This document shows positions 24,301-37,500 of a stretch of 64,000 nucleotides of DNA, piece by piece; position 1 is the first letter of the stretch, and every line of letters starts with the position of its first letter. A program made the translations under genes and the position numbers. The DNA lies in assembly GCA_964106645.2 (NCBI GenBank), contig OZ067047.1; one strand, written 5' to 3'. The notes under the pieces were generated by a model. The model made no database searches. It saw nothing but the letters and a program-made list of their open reading frames with translations, and was not told the origin of the DNA. Source of the stretch: Podarcis pityusensis (lineage: Eukaryota).

Positions 24301-25314
24301 TTTGCAAAAAAAAAACCCCACACATAAATAATAATAAAAAACAACAGCTTACCTGGAAGAAGTCACTTTCTCCTCCGGAAACCTGTAGTCCTCATCTCAG
24401 AAGTGGAAACCAGCTGTGCGTCCCACCTAGCGCTCTGCCCATGCATCAAGGCAGCTTCGCCTGTACACGTGTTGCATTCCGCGGATTGATTGCTTATGTA
24501 TTTACACACACCCGTACAGTCGTGGGCGAAATTTTATTCAGTGTACCCAAAATAAAATAATGACTCTCTGAACCTGCTGTCCATAACCTTTCGATCTGGC
24601 TATAAATAATAGGTTGAGAGAGATTTCAGAGAACAGATGAAGGGTTGTACTGGTACGTGTATTATTTCCTCAGAGCAACCCCAGTGAAATAAGTGGACTT
24701 AAGCCCATTGATTTTAATGGGTCTGTTCTGACTAAAATGGGATGTCATCCAAGGAAAACATTGTACAGTAGAAGACATGTGTGAGCCCAAAGCTTGCTTT
24801 TTTATTTCTCTCATAAAGGAAGAAAAAGGTTATATCAGCAGAGTCTCATACTTGCACCTGATGAGTCTATTTTCATCTAGGCGCGTGTCTAGGCCATTTC
24901 CCATCCCGCCTTATTTAAAACAATGCTAAGTAAATGTAACATTGGAAGGTGGGGGGACATTGTCCAGCTTTCCGATTTATTTGTCGTGTAATCCCTTCTC
25001 CCCCACCCCCATGGTAGTTTAGCATTACCTTGAAGGCAATAAATATTCATTATAATACACAGGGAGATAAATGTAAAAATGTTTTATTGATCTGTCTAGC
25101 AAGCCTCACATTCATGCAATATATCTACATTTATATGCTAAGTCTCTTTGTTTCATTCAACTACTGCTGAATTTTGTCAGATTAAACAGTCATTTGCCTT
25201 TGTTCATGCTGTTGTTTATCCCTGTATTGAATTTTCAAACAGCTAAAAAGCAAATGTGTTTTTAAACTTTCTTGTAATTGTGTTTCTTTCTAGATCTCGG
25301 GAGGGTGTTAAAGT

Positions 25315-28300
25315 ATGGAGATGGCTTCAACACAGTGTTTGGGATCAAAAGTTGATATGGGTAATTCAAAATATCAAATAGCTTTACAAACTGTAGGTTG
25401 AACTGTCAGGGGCTCTAGAAAGTCAACATCTGGAACATGGGGAAAACAGCAAATTCGGTAATGGGCTCTGCGTGGTATCTGGGCATGCATTGGACCCAAC
25501 TCTAATGAGGTATTCGGATGTGGAGGCGATGATCTTTATAATGCAAGCGATGGCAGACCAAGAAGTTCAGGATGGCCCTACACATGCTTGGTGCATCTAG
25601 GAGTTCCCATAAATAGGATGGCCTTGGATACTTCTGCATTATGTAAGAGTGAAGTGGCACCCTTCTGGCTGCAGGATTGCACTTTACAGAATATCGTGAT
25701 GTCAGGAACCTCCAGGTTTGCAGCAACAGCCCCACAGGAGCACATGCACCTTCTAGGGGTAATGCTTCCAACCCAGAACTCCCCCCCCCCCATCTGACTA
25801 TCACCACATCCCTATCCGGTATGCCCCACAGAGGACCTTAAGGTCCATGAATAACCATAGTTTAGAGGTCCCGGGCCCTAAGGAAGTCAAGACTATCCTC
25901 CACCAGGGACAGGGCCTTTTTAGTGATGGCTCCAACCTGGTGGAATGCCCTGTGTCATGAGACTAGGGCCCTTCAGGATTTAACCTGCTTCCGCCGGGTC
26001 TGTAGGACAGAGCCATTCCGCCTGGCCTTTAATTTGAATTCAGCCTGATCTTTTATTTCCCTTCTCTTCCCTCCTCCTCCCCTTTTATGAAGATTACCCA
26101 CTCTGAGACCCCACAGCTAATTCTCCCCTGGCCTCCTTGCTGGCCCAAGTAGGACTAATTCAGCCAGCTAGCCCTGCTGACTAGCTAAAGTTTATTGGAT
26201 GGATTTCCCCCAAATTGATTTTTGAACTTTGAATTTTATTGTTATTCATGCTTTTATACTGTATTTTATGCTGCTTCTATGTTATATTAAAATTAAGTGT
26301 TTTAAATTTTTTGTTAGCTGCCCTGAGCCCAGTTTTCTGAACTGGGAAGGGTGGGGTATAAATAAGAATTTATTTATTATTTATCCCTGCTGCAACGAGT
26401 GCAGCACCATCACTAGAAGAGCACCACTACTACTTTGTCCCTTGACATGCATCACTGCTGCTACGGGCAGTGATTTGTGTTTGTTTTCTTCCCCATCGTT
26501 CTACACATGGCACATGTATTTAAATTGTTCACTTACTAAATTTCTGCTCCATAACTCATTTTGAATTAAGCTCACAGAAGTTACTACCCCACACACTTTT
26601 TTTTACTAACCTGCCAAAAGCCTAGTACACTGTGCTAGCTTCAATGCTGGCCACAGTGGCGGAAGCATGGAAAGGCAGGCTAAGAAAAATATTTGTCTTC
26701 TTCCAAGGCAAGGAGGAAGACTGTGGTCTGTTCCTTCTCTGCCAGCCTGATGTACTTCTTTGCTGGTTGCGGAGGAAGAGACTTTCCTTTCTCTGCCGGG
26801 AACATGGAAAACAAGCAGGTTGGCAGAAGAGAAAAGTCATCTGCTCATTGACTTTACTACTTGGAATTCCAGGCACTCACTGGCATGGAATTCCTAGGTG
26901 CCTTTGACGGCTAGTCTGGTACTTAAATATAAAGCAGCCATAAACTTCAGCACAAAGTGCTCCCAGAACAGATAATATATATCATTTTATGCTTTTTTTC
27001 CTTCTTTTAAAGGGATGTGGGAAACTCACAGAGCTGATGAATGAAAATCAAAAGCCATTCTCATTCCTGCTGGATAACTCTTTAGCTAGTTTTTCCTTGA
27101 GTTGAGATTTGCCATTTTTAATGGTTTGGGATTGTGGGGGGCTGGGAGTTGAATGCTAATATTCCTAAATGGTATTAGAAAGCAAATAGTATTTTCTTTC
27201 ATATTTTATGTGGCAAGATGGCAAACCAAAGAGCCCTTTCAAAGCCATGGATGCTGAAATATATCTTTATAGAGATATTGAGTGCACAGAAAAAGAAAAG
27301 GTATGTATTTCCAATTGTCAAATATATAATTGACTATAGTTGCCATTGTAATTGTTTTCATTAGTTGTTTATTTTTATTTTTCAAACTTTCATTAAATGA
27401 AAAATCAAGCATAAATGAAAACATCACAGGAAACAGAAATATCAGAGCAGAGACACAAAAGTAGGCCAGAGGTATCAGTAATACCTTCCAGACTTTTAGT
27501 ATAATAGAAATTATAACAAGTCTAAAACATTTTTAAAAACACAATTAACATGGAGATCCCTTATTTTCCAAGGGTTTGTGAAGCTCCACAGATTCTTATT
27601 TTATTCTATCATCCACAGCCATTTATAGGCCAGGTGAGCAGTTTGATTTTATTGTTTTCGTAGATAATTCAGAAAACAAGCAAACAGAAATTTACTTTTT
27701 TTTTTACCTCTAGAGGCTCTTAGTTTATAAGTCATTTTTTCTAGTAGAATTCCCATACCTTCATGTATTTATTATTTAAAACGTTTGCCCTATTAGGTTG
27801 GAAAAGTGGGGCAGAATGGTAGTTTTGTGTAGAGATAGTACATACTTCTCCCAATACAGTGGTACCTTGGTTTGAGAACAGCTTAGTTTATGAACAACTT
27901 GGATGAAGAATGCTGCAAATGCTGCAAACCCGGAAGTAGGTGTTTGGGTTTGTGAACTTTGCCTTGGAAGCAGAAGATGTTCCGCTTCCTATTGAGTAAA
28001 TTGTAAATTTACTCAATTTACTATTGTAAATTGAGTCCCCCGCTGCTATGGGATAGCATGTCTTGGTTTAAGAACGCTTTGGTTTAAGAACGGACTTCCG
28101 GAACAGATTAAGTTTGTAAACCAAGGTACCACTGTAATTCATATACAATGGTACCTCAGGTTAAGTACTTAATTCGTTCCGGAGGTCCATTCTTAACCTG
28201 AAACTGTTCTTAACCTGAAGCACCACTTTAGCTAATGGGGCCTCCTGCTGCCACCGCGCCACCAGAGCACGATTTCTGTTCCCATCCTGAAGCAAAGTTC

Positions 28301-28552
28301 TTAACCTGAAGCACTATTTCTGGGTTAGTGGAGTCTGTAACCTGAAGCGTTTGTAACCTGAAGCGTATGTAACCTGAGGTACCACTGTAATGGCAACAGT
28401 TGTAAAACAATGTTATGAGACAAGCTCCTCTAAGCATGTAAATCTGTTAATTGGATGCGTATGGGTGGCTAATTTTTATTAATTTTTTGGCATGAGGCTC
28501 ACTCTTCTGGGTGAAATGCCCACACTCATGTGTACATGCATTCACTCATAGT

Positions 28553-28583
<31 letters not shown>

Positions 28584-31500
28584 CCCTTAGCATCCTCAAA
28601 AATTGTTCAGAAGCTGCAACTTTGAGGGCTTGGAAGAAGAAAACATATTAAACCAAAGTTTGGGCTGTTGTATTGGCTGTCATTTAGCTTCTGGCATCAT
28701 TCAAAGTTCACATTTGTTTGGACTTGCATAACTTAGAGCCTTTTCAGTCAGTGAAATGACGTGTGGAGAAAAGTTCACACACCCTCACCCAGCACAGTGA
28801 CTTTGATCCATTTTTTCCTCCCCCATGTCTGCTTTTATACATCACTCAGTAGATCCAATCATGGGTCATGGGTGTCTCATCTAGTTCAGTTAAGTGTGAA
28901 GTTTAAGTGAGAGAAGAGATTACCTTTCTCAAAAGCTAGATAACTTGGATTTCAATTTCAGGTTAGAACAGTTCAACACAATCTGAAGGTGCATGAAAAG
29001 AGCACATTTTCATCAAGAGCTAGGTCTCGAAAGGCTCTCAAAAAGCTGGAAGAAGCCATTGAAAGAGAAACAAAACAAGAAATAGAGAAAGAGACTTCTG
29101 CTCTGGACTGGACTCTTGCTTTTGCAAAGTGTGAGTGAAATGAGTTACAAAAATATAAACCTGAGTTTACCAGATCTTGTATTTACCAAGAATTTTCAAC
29201 TATTCATATGCAGGATCTTGTGATTAACTGGTTTATAGATTAATTTATATACTATAGAACCTGTAGTATAGGTCATACGTAATTTAAGATATATATTTAA
29301 ATTCAAAAGAAGATCCACAACTTGTGATAATATAGAATTCTAGATTCCTGCACCTTAGAGCCAGAGCAGCAGCTGTAGCTATGGTTTGTCAATTCAAATA
29401 CAGTGGTACCCCGCAAGACGAACGCCTCGCAAGACGGAAAACCCGCTAGACGAAAGGGTTTTCCGTTTTGGAGGCGCTTCGCAAAACGAATTTCCCTATG
29501 GGCTTGCTTCGCAAGACGACAGCCCATAGGGAAATCTCAGGGACAGCGGGGAAGCGCAGCGCGTCTTCCCCACTGTCCTCGGACCTCCTCCGAAGCCGGG
29601 CGGCGGGGCGGGAACACCTCCCGCCGCCGCCCGGCTTCGGAACGGTGCTCCGAAGCCGGGCGGCGGGGAGGGAACACCTCCCGCCGCCGCCCGGCTTCGG
29701 AACGGTGCTCCGAAGCCGGGCGGGGGGGAGGGAACACCTCCCGTCGCCGCCCGGCTTCGGAACGGTGCTCCGAAGCCGGGCGGGGGGGAGGGAACACCTT
29801 CTGAAGGCGGGCGGGGGGCAAAAGTCTTTGCTCCCCCCTGCCTGCCTGTCCCGGAGGGCTTTTGAAGGCAGGGGGGGGGAGCAAAGACTTTCGCCCCCCC
29901 GCCTTCAGAAGAGGTCCAGGACCTCTTCTGAAGGCTGGCGGGGGGCAAAAGTCTTTGTCCCCCCTGCCTGCCTTCCCAGGGGCTTTTAAATCGCCCCGGA
30001 CAGCGGAGAAGTCCTCCGCTGTCCCGGGGCGATTTTAAAATGCCACCCGCCAGCATTTTAAGATCGCCCGGACAGCGGAGAAGTCCTCCGCTGTCCCGGG
30101 GTTTTTTAAAATGCTGGGGGTGGGAAGAAAAGCCCTTGTCCCCCCCCCCCCAGCCTTCAGAAGAGGTCCGGGGACAGACTGTCCCCGGACCTGGTCTGAA
30201 GGCGGTTTCCCTAGGAACGCATTAATTGATTTTCAATGCATTCCTATGGGAAACCGTGCATCGCAAGACGAAAAACTCGCAAGACGAAGAGACTTGCGGA
30301 ACGAATTAATTTCGTCTTGCGAGGCACCACTGTATCATGGCAAACCTCTTTTTGATTCTAGTTTGCTGACTCATCACGAACCATGGTTCATTGATTCAGG
30401 TATCACACCAAATCATAGCTTCATTAACCATGGTTTGGCATTGGGTCCACACTGAGATAGTATGCAAAACTAGTGAATCCAAGATATCCACATAATGTCT
30501 GGAAAGATGGTTATTCTTCAAATATTGTTTATAATTGAGTACACATTAAGTTTATTTAAACCTACAAATTGCAGAGGTTTGAAGATGAAATCTAACAATT
30601 CTAACTGTTTTAAAGGTATTCAGAGTGATAAGCAGTCTATATCAGAATACATCAATGAACAGAAAGAGTTGTTTCTACTGGAGGTAACCATTTTGTTTCG
30701 TGTAGTTGGTGCACTTAAAAATGGGAAAGTTCTAGTTACAGTAGCTTCAGCTACACACTGGAACATTTCTGTTTAGTTCAGATCACTAAATCAAAGCAAT
30801 TGAGCACTAAACATGGTGGCCGTATGGCACTGATTTTGTTTGGAATAAATCATCCTTTAATATGTACTCACTGTCTTAATTCTCAACTATACATTCATTA
30901 TTTACTATTTAGTGTACTGACTAATTATATTGGTTAGTGAATAAGCCTGAGTATTCCATTCTGACCCCATGTACCATTAACAGCATAATAAACCTGCCCA
31001 AGGGAAGACAGAAAAAAGTTTCTGACTAAAAACCCAAAGATTCCATAAACCCCAATTTACCCTTAAGTTAAGTTAATGAGAATATGGTTTCTCTGTAGTA
31101 TGCACTAACTGTCTGATAGGACTATTAACTTTATTGCTGTTAGGATGAGAATGCTCGATCGAAAAGCCTTCAGGGTAGTAATCTGAAAGAGTAGCAACCA
31201 GGCCTTGCATAGCCTTTTTTTGCTATTGGAATGGCATTCAGCTTTGCAAGGCGCTTGAATACAAAGATCCTTTTGTGCTTAACTTTTTGCAATGTTTCCC
31301 CTTCCCAGTATGCGGTTAAAACGAAACAACGCACCATAGCCAAGCTGGAGGAAATAGTATCGGAGGAAGAGAGGAGGGCCAAACTCGCCGAAACAAAATT
31401 AGAAGAAGATGCAATAGCATTTGATGAGTTTCTCAAAGAAAACGACAGACGTTCTGTTGATGCTCTTAAAAGGTTAGACACTTTGTTGCAATTTCTATTA

Positions 31501-34500
31501 TTAATAACAAGCTAGATGGTTTGACTGCGGGGCCTGCACACAGAGAATTCTCATAGGGCTTGGTGGTCCTGTTTGTGGCCTCCTACCTTCCCACGCAAAT
31601 GTGCTCACACAGGCTGCCCCAGTAGCCATTGCAAAGAACAGGAAGGCCACGTGGGTCCTCTGTATCGCTGTAGCAGACATTCTTCAAGCATGATGTGACC
31701 CAGCCAGTGTTTTCTTTTCTTGGCTAGTACGCTCACAAGTCACCTGGGGACTTTACATCCAAAAACAAGCTTTCAACCACCCCAGATCATTCTACCCTGC
31801 CACTAGGAGATTGCCCCCATCAGATCCCAACATCACGTCTGACCAGAGATTACTTTTTGCTGATGTAGTTGTCGAAATGTGATGTCTCTGCCCCAGTTTT
31901 TGCTAATATACCTAAGAAGAATGAATGGGGGGGGGGTCATTATACCGTACCTACAAATAAGGAACTGACAACGGCATCAGATGAATTATATATATTTGAA
32001 ACAGCAGTTCATCAAAATGTTAGCAGCTCACTTGAATAGTTTGGTTTTCAGTAGCCATCTGTGTGCAGGAAGAGGGCAAGATGAATGGGTGTCAGCAGGG
32101 AGGGTGTTATAGGTTTTGGTGGGAGAGAGCAAGGCCTCTACCTCAAGCTTGGGCATAATGGCTTTGATGAGATGGGTTGGTGGGTTGGCGTTTGCTTCAT
32201 TCTCTAATGTTATTTCCTCTAGTCCGTTGACTTTTAAGAGGTGAGGAATTTCTGGTTGATTCTTATGGCTGCAAGTTTCCATACCGACATTGAGAGGTTT
32301 TTAAATGTGCTGTGCAAGGTGTGACTGTCATTAGCGGAATAATTCGTCAGTCTGAAAATGTTCATTGGTTTTGTAATGCACTGATTACTAAGGAAACAGT
32401 TTGAAACTGGTTTTCAGAGTGATTGCAGATTTGTGCTACTTGTGGACAAAAGCAAACCAGACTGTTCACCTATTTTCTGGGGGGTGCAGGCAGAAAAATG
32501 TGTTTCTATTTTAAAATCTGTCTATATGCACCCAGAATTACAACATCTATATTATTTTTAGTGCAACTCATGAAGCAAAAGCTAAAATGGAGGTGACAGC
32601 GGAAGTGAGGTCAGCAATGAATGAGCTGTTCTCTCTTAAAAGGTGAGTTCTTTATTTCACATATTTAGCAAAGCATAACCTAGGCTGCTGCCAGGTTTTT
32701 GGGGGAGGTGGTTATGCAGCAATGAGTGTTCATCCTGATTTGCTTGCAGGGTGTTTATACATCTATGTGTAAGTCATTCACTTCTTATTGCATTTCCTAA
32801 TTGGTTTTCAAACTACAAGAAGTCAGATAAGGGATAACTTCTATAGCAGTTTTCATACTACAGCTTACACAAGTGGAATACTAGTTATGCATTTAGTTCT
32901 TTTTTATATTGCTCAAGGCCTGCACATAATATGTCAAAGCCCTTCTCTGAATGGAAAGTACCTCTTGTAGGCAGGATAGCTATGGATTCAATACTTTCAA
33001 AATAATAGAATTTAAACACTAACACACAATATTGTTGCACGCTGCTGCCACCCCGCACACAAACAGCAGGTAGAGAAATAAATTGTGTGTGTGTGTATGT
33101 GTGTGTGTATTAAGATTCAGACTTACTTAGAGTTAGCATTTTAGCTCAAAATATTAAGATGAAACAAACCTTAATGTGACTCCCATAACTCTGATAAAAA
33201 CTCTTGTTCATTTGCTTTTGCATTGTTTATTACAATAATGTCAGTTTATTTTCTTTATAACATTTGGCTGTTGTACTTCACTAAAATATGACTGTCTGCT
33301 TGCTTATAAACGATCATCCTTTAATGTCTGCAGTGAAATTGCAAACAGTGAAGATAATCTGAGACTGTATTTATCCTACGAAGCTTTTTTGTTGAGTGTG
33401 TCTCCTAAAGAGTGGCAAGAACAACAGATGGCAAAAAAGAAGCTATTGAAAAAGGATAAAAGAGACGTTTCAAAGTCTTTGCTTTCTTTTCCTGCTCGTG
33501 AGAAAAGCAGGATGGGGTCTACTTCTTTCATATTACACCAAAAAATAAGTATGTCATTTTAGTACTGTCCACTAGAAACTTATATTGCACTGCACCCCTG
33601 CATGTTAGAAGTCACTTCAGTTCCCCCTTTTTTCAATTCTCCCAGAGTGGAAACTGAGAAACAATGTCTAAGGATCAATGTTGTTCCCATATCTGCCCCA
33701 TTGATGTATAAAGTGCAGACCAGTGAAGCAGTATTTTAGTTTGCTGGATGATGCAAACTCGACATTCCCAACTGATGGGATGGCAGTCCTTGTCAGCCTT
33801 CTGCCTTCTCTTCCACTTCAGGGTCTGACTGGTCCTGCCTAGAGTCAGTGAAGGTTGGGTGTGACTGTTTTTTTTAGGAGCCTTGGTTTTTCTCATCGTT
33901 TACCTTGTATTAGAGAGATTTTAAAAAACAACAACTTTCTAGCCTTTGTTTTGTGTCTATTGTACTGTTTCCCTCCAACTTTTACCTCACAGTGGTGTCT
34001 CTGCTCTCTGTGAACCTTCCTCCTTCCTTCCTTTTCCCCTCACCATCAGTTTGGCTCTGGTACTTGAAGGATGTGGTCTTATTATACCAAGTTAGACCAT
34101 TTGTTCTATCTAGCTGTCATCACCCTTAACAAATTAAAGTTCCTGGGATTTTTTGAGGGAAGTCATGACTGTTAAACCAGTATACAGTAGGAGTGCTTTA
34201 AAAGTATGGTGTGGGTGTGTCCCACTCTGGTTTGGATTTAGCAAGCTGGTGTGTATAAATAGCCTATCAAGTTACTTACTACCAAATATTTCTGTGCTGT
34301 TTGAACCGCGTCTTTAGACAAATGGGCTCATGTCAAAGGGCAACAACATCCCAAGAAACTGCTACCTTCATCATCGATGTCAGTATTTTTTTCTGAAACT
34401 GATGTGAAGAAAGACCATCAGAAAAGCCAAGGTAAGGAGCCAATGGGAAGAAGGACTTTCTTGTAGGAATATCATCTTTGCCTGCACCAGATATTCCAGG

Positions 34501-37500
34501 CAGGACCGCATTATGAATGGAGCAAGGGCTGCAAGAGCCACAGTGGTGTGTAGTGGCTAGAGCAGGGGTCGGCAACGTGTGGCCCATGGGCTGGATGCGG
34601 CCCACAAAGACTGTTTTACCGGCCCACCAGCCGCCCTGAACCACCTGCTTGGCGAGTCCCCAGTGCAGCGCTGGCACTCGCCGAGCGGTGCCAGAAATCA
34701 CATCTGTGCATGCGCAGATACCAGAAATCGCGACTGTGCAGGCGCGATTTCCGGCATCTGGGCATGTGCAGAAGCGATTTCCGGCGCCACAGAGATGCGC
34801 AGACGCGATTTATGGTATCACGCTGTGCCAGTCCGGCCCACGGACAATCTCCGTGGGAGTGATCCGGCCCATGGCAGGTAAACCTTTCTGACCCCTGGGC
34901 TAGAGCATTCGACCAGGTTCAAATCTCCACTCAGCCATGAAACACCCACTCCCCATCTGGGCTTCTGGACAGAGTCTTCCTCCCAGATCCCCAGGGGTAC
35001 CCTGAGGTATTGCACTTGATCAAAGGCGGTGATGCATCACCTCCTGGGAACAGACTAAGGATTCGACCAAATGCCTTATCCACCATTGCCAGCCAGGGCA
35101 GTCAGAAATGGGGCAGGCAATGGAGCTTTCCCCTCTGCTAACTTCTGTATGCAGCTTTTGATTCCCCACCCCCACTTCTGAAGTTGGCATAATGTTATGC
35201 CAGTGTTGGGGATGGGATCAGTCTCCCCCGCCCCCCTCCACTACATTTTGGCCACTCTGCCAGTATGGAGTAGTACCGGTATATCTGTGACGTTCTGCTG
35301 GCATATCATCATTGGGAGAGACATATTTGGGCTTGTGATGGAATACCAGGGCTTCTCTAATTCGTCCCACCATCCCTGCCACCAAAGTATATTGAGTATT
35401 GGATTGTGTCCCAGCTGTATATGATCTAAGAGCCTTAAATTGTGTGCTGTGAATCATACGCCTCCCATTGCCCATCTGTACAGCAACAGTTTGAGGGAAT
35501 ACATCGCTCTTTCCACCAGGGAAGCTTCTGCTCTGTAATTTAAGTGTCGACTGGAGCTTGCTCACAGAGAGTAGCTGAAGGAAGGTGATAAGGAATTTCA
35601 GCCACTCACATTATGGCAAATGAGATCAGGGACCACCTTTTATCTAAGCAAAACTCAGGAAGTGATACATAAGGAATGATAGGGCGAAATAAGTTAAGGC
35701 AGACAAAATACCCCCACGCCCTTACCTCCCCCCCCCCCCATGGTAAATGCTAGTGGCAAGGATGCCTTTCTAGTTCTGAATACAGGCAACAGTTCATTTG
35801 GGCAAAGTTTAACAGGCACTAGCTGCACAACGAATACTTGTATGCAGGATCCTGATGTCTTTCTTTAAGGCAGCTCCACATCCTGTCTTTAATATAAGGC
35901 AAGGGTGTCTTAAGCTGTGGCCCTACAGATGTTGCTGGACTCCAGTTCAGAGCAACCCTACCCAGCGTTACAATTAGGAATTGTAACCCAGCAAAATCTG
36001 GTTGGCCACAGGATAGGCACTCCGATATTAATGAAAATAATGTAAGATATGTAATATAGTTCTTATAACCCTGTTGCCGAAAAAAGGTAATAATACAGAC
36101 TTGTTAATTTTTGAAGGAGGCGACTACAGGTTTTTTAAGAGGGCATCAAGACTATCACTGAGCAAAAGATTCTCAATAGAAGGGAGAAAAAAATCGCTAG
36201 CAAGGTACTCTATGAAATTTAATTGCTTTTAAAAGTTCTCTCCGTTTCGGGTTGCAGATGTATCATAAAGAGCTTCTCTTCAAGAAAGAGAAGCGCTTAT
36301 CCCTTTGGGGCACGTGGAAGTACAGTGGACGCTCTGGTTGCGAACGTGATCCGTGCGGGAGGCACATTCACAACCCGCAGCGAGCGCTGAAACCTGAAAG
36401 TAACCCGTTCCGGTACTTTCGGGTTTTTGCGCAGTGCGCAACCCGAAAACATGCAACCTGAAGCATCTGTAACCCAAGGTACCACTGTAGTTGTACAATT
36501 CTGCTTTTGGGCGCCAGCTCTCCCATCTATCATCCCCCTGGCTACTGGCATGTGAACTAGAGTGTCAGCGGGGACTGCGGGGAGTTGGAATCATAACATC
36601 ATTGGGAGCACTGCATGTTGGTTAGCCTGGGCTTACAAAGAACAAGGTTTCGATTTTATCAAACACAACGTTCCTTCCACCACTGAGCACTGACTTGGCA
36701 AACTTCAATGTATAAACACAAATCTGAATTAATTTTTTCCTTTTATAACAGCTGTGCAAGTGAAAAAAGTATCTCTGCCTCTTCAGATGATGATATTTCG
36801 CTTGAAGATCTAGACACTGACGAGGTGATGAATTAATCTTTGTTAAATACAACAGCATCCTATAAAAATGGGACCTTTTGTTGCTTTTCATTCAATTGTA
36901 CAACATCTTCACAACCTCTGGGCCAAAACTGCTAGGAGGTAGCCACTGGCCGCAAGCATGGCTGTAAGATTCCTGCATGTATGGATTCCATCCGTATGTT
37001 GAAATGTAAATTTCAACCTAAGGGAACTTTCTGTGTAGATTTCAGTGTTCTTGGCCCTCTAGATCAAGAATTTGCATATTCGTATTCATACCTGCAAGTA
37101 TGCTGTGGACTTGCATAAGGGAATCTGGCTTCAAGGCAGTGTTCTGAGATTAACGTGCAGCAGAAAAAGAACTTGTGAATTGGCCTTCACCTGGACAATA
37201 ATTTTTAACATTTTTTGTTAAAATTTAGTAGCAAGGCAAGTGCAATCTGTCATACCTAATGCAGCCCAGTGTTAAAAATCTCCCCTCCCATTTTTAACAA
37301 TTTTTATTTTATCAAGAACTGTTTGCAACTGCATTGATATGACTCATTTTTCAGCAACTCTATAGTATTCCTTCTCCTGCATTAGGAACCAGAGATATAT
37401 TTCAAAGATCCAGATGAGTTGCTTCAGATGTACAGGCATCTTGAGGAACAAAATCTATCACTGTTTCAAAATATTCAAGATCTCAGTGGAACACTAGAAG

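Noticed and set aside
22704-24560. Many 100-186 aa ORFs around the bidirectional promoter
   Set aside because: Expected in CpG-island DNA; only the AMDHD1 exon 1 frame is recognisable.
29590-29799. CRISPR-like array of palindromic repeats
   Set aside because: Units are contiguous with invariant linkers and no unique spacers, they lie inside a TIR element in a vertebrate intron, and there are no cas genes.
29403-30455. Several 110-190 aa ORFs on both strands
   Set aside because: Products of a GC-rich tandem repeat with few stop codons; no transposase or other domain is recognisable.
33317-33333. TCCTTTAAT branch-like motif suggesting a second U12 intron in CCDC38
   Set aside because: The matching donor (32643) is a canonical U2 GTGAGT.
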